From NCBI GenBank assembly GCA_965249575.1, contig OZ252244.1, positions 3,360,001 through 3,424,000 of the forward strand: a stretch of 64,000 nucleotides of DNA, in the 5' to 3' direction. Both the position numbers and the translations under genes were made by a program. Every line of letters begins with the position of its first letter. Within the stretch, counting starts at the first letter, position 1. Source of the stretch: Gemmatimonadales bacterium. GTDB taxonomy: Bacteria > Gemmatimonadota > Gemmatimonadetes > Gemmatimonadales > GWC2-71-9. Shown here piece by piece: positions 1-7,991 of this stretch. The notes under the pieces were generated by a model that saw only the letters and a program-made list of their open reading frames with translations, did not search any database and was not told the origin of the DNA.

Positions 1-395
1 CCGAGGTGCGCTGAGAAATACACGAGCCACGCCCAGACGAACACACCAAGCGGTGGCGCCCACCAGGATCCGTAGACGCCGAGGTCCACCACGAGCAGGA
101 GAGCAGCGCCTACCGCGACGAAGTACTGCGGTTTGCGCCGCCAGTTCAAGCCAAACCCGATGTCGACCACGTACGGCGTGAAGTAAAACGCGATCGCCAC
201 CAACAACCAGAACGTCCAGCCGCGCGGCCAGGCCGTTCCAGACATCAATCCGACGCCGTCCGTCAGCATCGTGTACAGTGGCCAGAGAAGCAGAACGCCA
301 GATGACAGCCGAACCATCCGCCCGACGAGACGTGGCTTCGGCAGGGAACCCTGTTCCTCAAAGTGGGTTTCGGTTGTGTCCGCAGGTCGGGTCAC
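1..395 (-). CDS. Membrane protein, partial (runs off left edge); probable paralog/relative of the adjacent Cys-motif membrane protein
   Basis: Not in ORF track. Manual translation from GTG at 395 (GGCGGGAG RBS upstream): MTRPADTTETHFEEQGSLPKPRLVGRMVRLSSGVLLLWPLY...GWTFWLLVAIAFYFTPYVVDIGFGLNWRRKPQ...WAWLVYFSAHL; several hydrophobic helices, open to the window edge. Confidence 0.75.
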   Translation of the reverse strand, partial: MTRPADTTETHFEEQGSLPKPRLVGRMVRLSSGVLLLWPLYTMLTDGVGLMSGTAWPRGWTFWLLVAIAFYFTPYVVDIGFGLNWRRKPQYFVAVGAALLLVVDLGVYGSWWAPPLGVFVWAWLVYFSAHL

Positions 396-432
396 GTTGA
401 CTCCCGCCTTTCGTAACGCTGCGGCCCCATCT

Positions 433-938
433 TCAAGCGTCCGGACGCTCCGCCACTGGATGGGACCGCCTCCACCGCTCGGCAATCCGTCCCTCCACCC
501 AGTCGAGTGGCGAGAAGACCATGCACACCAGGTGCGTGCGTTTGCGCAGCACGATTGCTGGAATCGACATGACTTCGCATCCCCCGTCGCCGCGGATACC
601 CTGGAGGGCCAACGAGACGCCAACGAGACGCCAACGTACGCGACGGACGACACTCGCCCGATTGCCCCACCGAGAACGTATACGAGAACAATGGGGGCGA
701 TGGCCAGCAATGCGCCGACCCACGGGTTTACTGCCGGGACGTATTTGGTGATTCCCAAGTGCAGGACGGTGTAGAAGGCCGTGAATGCCACAACCGCAGT
801 AGTAACACGCAGATCCAAAGGGCCGTCCTGTAGCAGCATGGCTTCGGAAGCCATCCAAACGAGTATGGTGCCAAGTGTCAGACGGAGCGTGCGCCCGATC
901 GGCCGCGCTGAGGGGACGCCGCGTTCGCCCATGGACAT
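433..938 (-). pseudogene. Small membrane protein (DUF6410-like, GGCEV...C.VFSPLD motif) frameshifted by an 11-bp tandem duplication
   Basis: ATG at 938 (GAGG upstream) gives MSMGERGVPSARPIGRTLRLTLGTILVW...AYVGVSL. Removing one copy of CCAACGAGACG (609-619/620-630) joins it in frame to ALQGIRGDGGCEVMSIPAIVLRKRTHLVCMVFSPLDWVE. Confidence 0.75.
609..636. repeat. 11-bp tandem duplication CCAACGAGACG x2 plus partial CCAACG
   Basis: Read directly from the sequence. Confidence 0.9.
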
Positions 939-972
939 TTACATGTGCCTCGCGGACGCCCGAGCCCGGGGG

Positions 973-1380
973 TTACGGGTTAGCGCCTTCCGGTACGGTG
1001 TCAGTTTCCCACGATACGCTGTCGCGTACGATCTCAACTATTTCCGCGGTGAACCCGGTCATTCGCTCCAACTCGGCAATGAAGTCCGCGCTCGCTGTCA
1101 CCGCGGTGTCGAATACCACGACCGCGGTGCGGGACTCATAGGACACCTCGGCGTAGTGTACGCCTGCAAGTCGTTCTAAGGCCACCCGGGCCGTTGTGGC
1201 GCAGGTCGGTCAGGTCATTCCACTGACTGCCAGTGTCACTGCTGTGGTGCCGGCTGGAGCAGCGGGACGCTCCGTCTGGTGGTCGTGAAGGTCATCCGCC
1301 GTGTGGTCGTGGTGGGGAATCTGCGTTAGTAAGCCGAGTCCCAACACCGCGGCAACCGCAATCCAGTGGAGCTTGTTCAT
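973..1380 (-). CDS. merP: Exported heavy-metal-binding HMA protein (MerP/CopZ-like), probable selenoprotein (Sec57), 135 aa
   Basis: ATG at 1380 with GGAGG RBS. Signal/anchor MNKLHWIAVAAVLGLGLL, His-rich linker HHDHTADDLHDH, then VTLAVSGMT-[TGA 1212-1210]-PTCATTARVALERLAGV, in frame with ORF 973..1185. Lies directly downstream of merT. Confidence 0.8.
1163..1209 (-). promoter_or_regulatory. Candidate bacterial SECIS element
   Basis: Immediately 3' of the UGA on the mRNA: outer CCUGC/GCAGG pairing, inner GGCC-CGGGU-GGCC (or GCCAC/GUGGC) hairpin, G-rich apical loop about 22 nt after the UGA. Folded by eye only. Confidence 0.5.
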
Positions 1381-1396
1381 GCGCGGCCTCCGTCTC

Positions 1397-1735
1397 TCAT
1401 AGGATCCAAGCTGACCAGGTCGGGTAGGCGGCGAAGACCACTGCGAGTGCGGTCGCGGTCCATAGGGTGATTTTCATCCGACGCCGCACCCTTGGATCTG
1501 CGCAGGGCTTCCCGGCCTCGCACGCCTTTTTCTCTTCACGGTCCAGCGAGTAGAAGCCGAAACCGAGAAGCAGCGTGGTTCCAGTCAGGAGGTACGGCCG
1601 CATCGGCTCAAATGTCGTGGCGAACCCCGTACCCGAAACACCGAGTGCCACGGCGAGGAGCGGGCCGGCGCAGCACAGAGCGGACGCGAACGCCGCGCCG
1701 ACTGCGGTGCCGGCGCTGGCGAGCGCCTGGATCAC
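1397..1735 (-). CDS. merT: Mercuric ion transport protein MerT
   Basis: ASALCCAGPL Cys pair in TM1, FEPMRPY, cytoplasmic C-x5-C (ACEAGKPCA), three TM helices. GTG start at 1735 overlaps the upstream stop (GTGA). Confidence 0.85.
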   Translation of the reverse strand: MIQALASAGTAVGAAFASALCCAGPLLAVALGVSGTGFATTFEPMRPYLLTGTTLLLGFGFYSLDREEKKACEAGKPCADPRVRRRMKITLWTATALAVVFAAYPTWSAWIL

Positions 1736-2022
1736 TCGGCCACCGCCAGCGCGGTGCGGATGGCTTCGGCAGCCGGGGCTCCGTCCGCACGGCAGGCCGA
1801 GGCGCTCACTCCCGCTTCCTCTCCGGTCACGTCGTAACCGTTCACTAGTACCGTGGGTGACCCATACTGCTTCACGTGCTCGGGCGCGTGGGCATTCCCC
1901 TGTTCCCACTCCTGCCATTTCTCGGGCAGTCCGAGAGCCTCGAGTGCCTCTCGCAGGTTCGAGCGAGCGGCATTCGCATTGGGACAGCCGTCAAAGTAGA
2001 TCAGTTCGATGGCGGGTTTCAT
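1732..2022 (-). CDS. Small thioredoxin-fold protein of the type found in mer clusters
   Basis: IELIYFDGCPN...YGSPTVLVNG...SACR motifs; translationally coupled to merR and merT. Confidence 0.75.
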   Translation of the reverse strand: MKPAIELIYFDGCPNANAARSNLREALEALGLPEKWQEWEQGNAHAPEHVKQYGSPTVLVNGYDVTGEEAGVSASACRADGAPAAEAIRTALAVAE

Positions 2023-2438
2023 CAGTCTCCTCCATTAGCTTCAAACGCAAGTGCGTCAAGGATCGGGCAATCAGGTGTTGTCCGTCGAGATCGACAAGCA
2101 CTGGCCAGGGCGTCCAGCGCGTTGCGCATGCGATCCAGCTCCTCCACCCGAGCATCTATGCGCGCGATAGCATGTCGCGCTCGGGCTTCGACGGCTTCGC
2201 AATTGGTTTCGGGCGCGACACGCAAGGCCAGAAGCTCTGAGATCTCTTCCAGGGTAAAGCCCAGCTCCTGCGCGCGCTTGATGAATCGGATCCGGCGAAC
2301 GGTGTCTCGTGGGTATTGTCGGTAGCCGGACGTGGTGCGGGGTGGTTCCATGAGCAGGGCTCGCCGCTCGTAGTAGCGGACCGTCTCGACGTTGACGCTG
2401 GCGAGCTTGGCGAGCTGGCCGATTGTCAGGGAACTCAT
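2022..2438 (-). CDS. merR: Hg(II)-responsive MerR-family regulator
   Basis: TIGQLAK..VNVETVRYYERRALL HTH, GYRQY, AQELGFTLEEI; three Cys (NCEAV, SACRS, DCPIL). ATG at 2438. Confidence 0.92.
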   Translation of the reverse strand: MSSLTIGQLAKLASVNVETVRYYERRALLMEPPRTTSGYRQYPRDTVRRIRFIKRAQELGFTLEEISELLALRVAPETNCEAVEARARHAIARIDARVEELDRMRNALDALASACRSRRTTPDCPILDALAFEANGGD

Positions 2439-2445
2439 GGGGTCA

Positions 2446-2477
2446 AACTTAAACCCCGTACCTAGGTACGGGGTCAA
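2446..2477 (-). promoter_or_regulatory. MerR-type promoter/operator
   Basis: -35 TTGACC (2477-2472), 20-nt spacer, -10 TAAGTT (2451-2446). Perfect 22-bp palindrome ACCCCGTACCTAGGTACGGGGT (2453-2474) with the CCGTAC..GTACGG core typical of mer operators. Confidence 0.9.
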
Positions 2478-2503
2478 GCCCGTCGATCAGGGGAGTGGCT
2501 TCT

Positions 2504-3844
2504 CTACAGCGCCTCCTGACGCGCGATCCGCGACACCTTCCAGGGATTCCAGCAGTCTTTGTAGGACGCCTTGTGGAAGATCTCCATCGAGTGCGCGAAC
2601 GTGCGGATCAGGCGGAGGAAGACGCCAGTGTAGATGGGCATCAGGGGAATAATGAGGGCGAGGCGGCGATCGGCGCGCCGAATGGTTCGCCTCAACGTCG
2701 TGAAGGCGACGGTTGTCTGCAGCCCGTTCGTGATCACGTACATGATGTAGTTGATCACGACGAGATAACGGACCGAGTTGGGGTGGAGGATCAGCATCTG
2801 CGTGAAGTAGATCCACCACTTCATGTTCATCAGCAACGAGAACCCCACATTCTCGAGCGACGACACCATGTTCAACGGGCTGAAGTTTGCCCAGTTGAAA
2901 CGAAAGATGTCGTTGTGCTTTCGCATCCGAAACCGGACCATAGATCGGTCCCACCGGTAGCGCTGTTTCGCGATCCGTCGGAAGGTGCGCGGAACGTTGG
3001 TGTAGCAAACCGCCTCCGGCTCGTGGACGATCCGCATCCCGAGCTTGCGAATCTTTATGGTGAGGTCGCCGTCCAGCCCCGGCCCCACGTCCCATCCGCC
3101 TAACCGCTGCAACGTGGTTCGCTGGAACGCCCCGTACGCGCCAGCGACAATGCGCAGAATCCCCATCGTGCTCGAGGCCGTCCGACCGATGCTGATCGCC
3201 TTGAGGTACTCCAGTGCCTGGCACCGTGTGGCGAAGCTCTCGTATGCGTTGGCCACCCGAATGTCACCGCCCACGGCTCCCACGTTTCGAAACATGAAAA
3301 AAGGGAGGACGATGCGTTCGATGGCGTCGTAGCGGAGCTTGCTGTCCGCATCGAGATGGACGACAAACTTTCCTTTCGTGTAGAGCAGGGCGGTGTTCGC
3401 GGCGGACGCCTTCCCGCCACGGGGATCGTTCCGAATGAACTGGTCAATTTTTCCTTCGGCCTTGAGGCGACGGCAAATCTGTGGCGTATCGTCATCGGAG
3501 CCGTCGTCCACGACGACGAGCTGGATCCTTTTGTAGGTCTGGCGACCGAGCGACTCGACGAGCGCGGGAATGTACGCACCCTCGTTCTTGCCGGGGACGA
3601 TTACCGAAATGAGGGGGCGCTCCTGGAAGAGGATGCGTCGCGCCCGAAATCGGAGTAGGCGCGTGCGCGGCGCTATGAACATGCGGTGTCCAAGGATGAC
3701 CAGATCCACGATCACGTAGCGAGCGAAGTCGATGAGGAAAAAAGGCCAAAAGTAATAGAGCCACTCGAACCGCTCGAGACCCCCGATGAACGCGATCAGG
3801 CCGTCAAGGTACATCGACACCACCGCGTGCTGCGTCCCTCGCAT
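2504..3844 (-). CDS. Processive GT2 glycosyltransferase (PgaC/IcaA/HAS-like polysaccharide synthase)
   Basis: VVDDGSDD, GKASAAN, HLDADS, GLDGDLT and KQRYRW (QxxRW) motifs; N- and C-terminal TM helices. Alternative start at 3814. Confidence 0.9.
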   Translation of the reverse strand: MRGTQHAVVSMYLDGLIAFIGGLERFEWLYYFWPFFLIDFARYVIVDLVILGHRMFIAPRTRLLRFRARRILFQERPLISVIVPGKNEGAYIPALVESLGRQTYKRIQLVVVDDGSDDDTPQICRRLKAEGKIDQFIRNDPRGGKASAANTALLYTKGKFVVHLDADSKLRYDAIERIVLPFFMFRNVGAVGGDIRVANAYESFATRCQALEYLKAISIGRTASSTMGILRIVAGAYGAFQRTTLQRLGGWDVGPGLDGDLTIKIRKLGMRIVHEPEAVCYTNVPRTFRRIAKQRYRWDRSMVRFRMRKHNDIFRFNWANFSPLNMVSSLENVGFSLLMNMKWWIYFTQMLILHPNSVRYLVVINYIMYVITNGLQTTVAFTTLRRTIRRADRRLALIIPLMPIYTGVFLRLIRTFAHSMEIFHKASYKDCWNPWKVSRIARQEAL

Positions 3845-4469
3845 CCTCGGAGCCGACCAGCTCCGCGATTGCCGCGTCGACGTCGGTCTTTTCCGTGACC
3901 CGGAGGATCGAGATGTTCATCGTCGGGGGATGCTTCAGGTTGGACCGGAGCAGTTGATCCACCCCCTCACGCAGCCGTTCGACCGCTCGCTCCGCCGCGG
4001 TGGTCGGCGTCTCCATGAGCAGCGCGAGGAAGAGGGACTCGTTCCTGGACGACAGGAGATCTGACTCACGGAGGATGGCGACGAACGCCATCGTCAGCTC
4101 CTCGAACAACTCCCGCGCCCTCTTCCCAAGCTCGACGTAGATGTGCTCGATGCCCTCGAAGTTGAGGATGATCAACGAGCTCTGCGACTTTTTATATCGG
4201 GCGATCCGATGGCCTTCTGCAAAGACGACGTCCTTGAGCACCGAGTAGTCGAACAGGCGCACCCGCTGCTTGAGCACGCTGACAAACATGCTATCCAGGA
4301 CCATGCGCAACGCGCCTCCGGAGTCCCCGGAATCGCGCCCGTGAATCAGAAATGCCGACGCGCCACGGGCGGCGGCCGTGTCGAGCTTTTCGGTGCGCAG
4401 GACCGAAAACTCCTTCGTGTGCACGGCGCTCCCCGGCGAGCCGTGGACCAGCAGTAACGAGTCCCTCAC
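3804..4469 (-). CDS. Degenerate GGDEF-domain protein with RxxD I-site (putative c-di-GMP receptor)
   Basis: ...ILRESDLLSSRNESLFLALLMET...AAERAVERLRE: GGDEF-fold pattern with RESD five residues before a degenerate NESLF active site. Confidence 0.7.
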   Translation of the reverse strand: MRDSLLLVHGSPGSAVHTKEFSVLRTEKLDTAAARGASAFLIHGRDSGDSGGALRMVLDSMFVSVLKQRVRLFDYSVLKDVVFAEGHRIARYKKSQSSLIILNFEGIEHIYVELGKRARELFEELTMAFVAILRESDLLSSRNESLFLALLMETPTTAAERAVERLREGVDQLLRSNLKHPPTMNISILRVTEKTDVDAAIAELVGSEDARDAARGGVDVP

Positions 4470-5446
4470 CGCCGCCCCCTCCGGCCCGTTACCGTGACCT
4501 CCAGGCGATCGAACCGTTGCCAGGCCCGGGCCCTGGAGCTGTCGGCGGGCAGGATCTCCGCGAGTACGTCGCTGTCCTGGAAGCGGTAGTCTTCCACGTC
4601 CAAGTGCGCGAACGACTCGGACGCTGCCCGTACCGCTCGAACCACGCCGTCATCCTCGCTGCCGTCCGGAAACCGGACGCGCACCCGCTTTTGGGGGAAG
4701 ACGCTGGGAAGGATCCCCGGATCCATGTAGGCAATGATGCGAACGGGCGCCTCCAAGGGCCGGAGCGAGAGGATGGGATCCCCGGCGTTCACGACGTCGA
4801 ATGCGGCCTGGTACACGGCCGACACCGTACCGTCGAGTGGCGAATGTACCATGTCCGGAAGGCATCGCGGGTCGTCCACCACCGTCACCGTCTCCCGCAG
4901 CGTCTCTTCGTGGGATCGTCGCTCGATGACGAGGAGCCGACGCTGGTTTTCCAATTTCCGGAGCTCGCCCTCGACCCGAACACGCTCGCGTCTGAGCTCC
5001 AAGTCGAGCTCAAGGGGCTCCTGGCGGCGGAACATGTCGAGTCGGTCACGCTTCAGGGTGATTTCCTCTTCGACCAATACGTGCCTCCCGCGTGTGAGGC
5101 GAACCTGAGTGCGCAAGCCGCTGAGACGCGCCTGATCCGATTGCTGACAGGCCAGTCCAGGCTCGATTCGTGCCACGAGGGACCCGCTCCACACCGTATC
5201 GCCGACCTCGAAGGGCAGCTCCGCCACCCGTCCCTCTCGCGTGGGCGCCAGGACCGTCGTACTGATCGTGACCAGGCCAGGCGCGCGGAAAAAGAGTAGT
5301 CGGCTTCCCAGGAACACGGCGCCGTACGTCACGACCCCCAGGAGAATCAGGTAGTACAACCCAGTCGTGAACCGGGCCGGCCAGCTCGGCGGAGCCTGGC
5401 CCTCGTCGCCGGTGCTGACGACGCGCTGCTTGGATCGGAGCTTCAC
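4466..5446 (-). CDS. HlyD/membrane-fusion (periplasmic adaptor) protein
   Basis: N-terminal TM helix, biotinyl-lipoyl halves (APTREGRVAELPFEVGDTV; SPLDGTVSAV..VVNAGDPIL) flanking a coiled coil. Confidence 0.85.
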   Translation of the reverse strand: MKLRSKQRVVSTGDEGQAPPSWPARFTTGLYYLILLGVVTYGAVFLGSRLLFFRAPGLVTISTTVLAPTREGRVAELPFEVGDTVWSGSLVARIEPGLACQQSDQARLSGLRTQVRLTRGRHVLVEEEITLKRDRLDMFRRQEPLELDLELRRERVRVEGELRKLENQRRLLVIERRSHEETLRETVTVVDDPRCLPDMVHSPLDGTVSAVYQAAFDVVNAGDPILSLRPLEAPVRIIAYMDPGILPSVFPQKRVRVRFPDGSEDDGVVRAVRAASESFAHLDVEDYRFQDSDVLAEILPADSSRARAWQRFDRLEVTVTGRRGRR

Positions 5447-7515
5447 GGCCGCCCTTCGATCAGATCGAGTAGACCTGTGAGATCGTGCACGGCCACCTGG
5501 TCAATTCCAGTCGCGGTCGTGACCCGGTCGTGCAGAAGCTGCATCTCCCACTCGCTCGTGAAGTCGGAGGCGCGAAGGACCAGAACGAGCCGTTTGGCAT
5601 CGATCGTCCGCAAGACTGGTTGGAGCCTCTCGGTAAGCTGGTCGGGGTCGGTCATCGAGTAGGCCATCACGTAGAACCTGTTCACCAGAGGCTCGAGGCG
5701 ACCGAACACCGAGTTCGGCCACCAGGGCGGAACGGATACTGATAGAGGCGTTGAGGGACCGGCGGCATTTCGCGCTCGGGTTACGACGTCTACATACGCG
5801 TCCAAATGGCGTTCCGGATCTTCGCGGAATTCCTCCAGAGCATGGGGCTCGATGTCCAAGTGCAGGCCACCCGCCGAGATGGTAAGGCCGGATACCCGAT
5901 CTGCCACCCCGCTCCGGCGATCCGGATCGAGCCACGCATTCGTACTGAGCATGAGCTCGACCTCGAGTTCCGCCGCCTCCGCCCGACCAATGAAGTCGAT
6001 CACCTTGGCTGGGGCGGCATCCTGGCCCACGGAGAGGACCACCCGCCGGAATCCCTTGGCCTCCATGAGAGCGCGGAGGTACGCGTTGTCGAGGCGGTTG
6101 AATGCGTCAGACCACATGTACAGTGCCCGGGTCCCGGTCCGGCCTCGGTATTCCGGTCCGGGGAGGGGGATCTGGTGAATTAGCTCGGCGTCGAAGGCCT
6201 GGTTGGCGACCAGGAAGATCTGCGCCCCAGCCATATGGAGTTCCCTAAGACTCCCGATCCGATCTAGCGCCGCGTTATACAGTGCTGTGAGCCGGTCGAG
6301 CGCCCTGCCCAGGTCGGCCGCCACCGGGGCAACCGTCCACTCGGCGTGCGAGCGCCGAGTGCGCTCGAGGTGCTCGAGATACAGGTAGTGCTGGCGCACG
6401 GTGCGAACGAGCTGCTCTCGAAATCGATCGTACGCCCGCTGCGTACTCACGACGCGTTCCATGACCGCCGCGCGTACTCGACGCCGATTTCCCTCGATCT
6501 CGCTCTCCAGCCCGGCCTTCTTGCCTCCGAAGAGCGGTTTTCGGAAGACGACTCCCGCGGAAACGCCGTCGGCGCCGGTACTCCTGGCACGCACGCCGTA
6601 CCTGAGGTAGAACCGGAGTCGCGTCTCATCGGCGACATCCCGCCCAAGCCGAGACTCGCGTTGGGTGAGGTCGAAGACTTGCGCGGTCGTTTCGTCGGCC
6701 TCGATGCGCCGGAGGATCTGCTCGACGTCGAGGTCGAAGATGGGTGGAAAATGACGGACGGTAGCTGCCGTATCGGTGTCCGCGACCGCGCCGAGTGTCG
6801 CCAGCTCCGTCCGGGTCCTCGTAACCTCCTGCTCGGACTCGAGGAGCGCATCCAAATCCGAGGCTCCCGATAGGTACGCTTCTCGATACGCTCCAGCGAT
6901 ACCTGAGACCGCCGTCGTTTTTTGGGCGAGCAGCGCTCTCGTGAGAGGGAGCATTCGTCGTGCGAATGCTTCGACGCGGCAACGGTTCTCCTGTTCGACG
7001 CGGTCCAGCCGCGCCCGCACGGCCGCGAGCTCCGATCGCGTCTTGAGGACCTCCCCGACCCTGCGGTTCTCGATCAGGCCCGATTGAAAGAGGTCCATCG
7101 AGAGTCCGACGTACGCGCCCGTCACCCCTTCCTCAAGTGGTCGATCTTGGAATCCGAGTCGACCGCCCGCCTCGAGGGCGAGCCCCAGATCGCGGGCGGA
7201 TGCTTCACCGCGCAATCGATATGCTTCTTGATCTGCGGCGGCAGCGGTCTGGCCAAAACAGCCCACCCGGATGGGCGCGAAGACGAAGGGCGGGCCGTTG
7301 TCGAGGGCACGGAGTCGCGTGAGGGCAAGATCCAGCTCCGCCCAAAGCTCGGGTCCCGTGTGAGGAGGTTCAGCGACAGCGGATGCCTGTCCCTGCAATC
7401 CAGCGTGCTGGGCATCGAGGGTGTCTTGCGTCGCGGGCTGTGCTTCCGTTTCGGGTGTCACCCCGACGGTCAGCACGACCAGTGAAGAGAACGCCGCAGT
7501 AGCGGAGCGCAGCAT
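5443..7515 (-). CDS. Exported TolC-like outer-membrane protein fused to a C-terminal glycoside-hydrolase-like domain
   Basis: Signal peptide; OEP-like beta/coil repeats (YVGLSMDLFQSG; AYREAYLSGASDLDALLE; AGVVFRKPLFGG); C-terminal ~230 aa with RALYMWS, GLHLDIEPH, FYVMAY. GGAGG RBS. Confidence 0.65.
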   Translation of the reverse strand: MLRSATAAFSSLVVLTVGVTPETEAQPATQDTLDAQHAGLQGQASAVAEPPHTGPELWAELDLALTRLRALDNGPPFVFAPIRVGCFGQTAAAADQEAYRLRGEASARDLGLALEAGGRLGFQDRPLEEGVTGAYVGLSMDLFQSGLIENRRVGEVLKTRSELAAVRARLDRVEQENRCRVEAFARRMLPLTRALLAQKTTAVSGIAGAYREAYLSGASDLDALLESEQEVTRTRTELATLGAVADTDTAATVRHFPPIFDLDVEQILRRIEADETTAQVFDLTQRESRLGRDVADETRLRFYLRYGVRARSTGADGVSAGVVFRKPLFGGKKAGLESEIEGNRRRVRAAVMERVVSTQRAYDRFREQLVRTVRQHYLYLEHLERTRRSHAEWTVAPVAADLGRALDRLTALYNAALDRIGSLRELHMAGAQIFLVANQAFDAELIHQIPLPGPEYRGRTGTRALYMWSDAFNRLDNAYLRALMEAKGFRRVVLSVGQDAAPAKVIDFIGRAEAAELEVELMLSTNAWLDPDRRSGVADRVSGLTISAGGLHLDIEPHALEEFREDPERHLDAYVDVVTRARNAAGPSTPLSVSVPPWWPNSVFGRLEPLVNRFYVMAYSMTDPDQLTERLQPVLRTIDAKRLVLVLRASDFTSEWEMQLLHDRVTTATGIDQVAVHDLTGLLDLIEGRP

Positions 7516-7991
7516 TTCCGGACCTCCGTGGCGTTGAGCGGGTGGCTTGACTCCGGATTGGATGGGAGGGGCTGGGAGCCCCTTGTCGGAGCCTTCGGCT
7601 GGGGACCGGGGGGTGCACGCTTCAATCTACGTATCGCGCTCCCAACGTTCCACCGCACATAAGTATCGGTCGCAGAAAGCCTTAAACGATTGAACCAAGC
7701 TCAATCGGCGCACTGTCCTGCCGGGCAGTCCAAAAGCGCGGCCGGGCGCAGGCTGGTCTCGTTTCGGCACCCCTCCCATTTGGATCCCTTCCCCCATACC
7801 TACGATGCAGGAATCGCTCCCGATCGTCCCGGAGTGCAGGTCAGGGCGGGAATCCGACCGACGGTGCCGGGTGGCCGCAGCCGGCCGGATCGAAGGCTCG
7901 GATTTGGGGTGCTGACGACCGACTTAAAGCGGGGATGGCGGCTTTCGGCGGGGCTGGGGGTCGGCCGGAGTTGGTCTCCCGAGTCGGGCGT

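Noticed and set aside
7516..7990. c-di-GMP riboswitch or sigma-54 promoter upstream of the EPS operon
   Set aside because: Only short hairpins and a weak GG-N10-GC match; no convincing consensus by eye. An Rfam scan would settle it.
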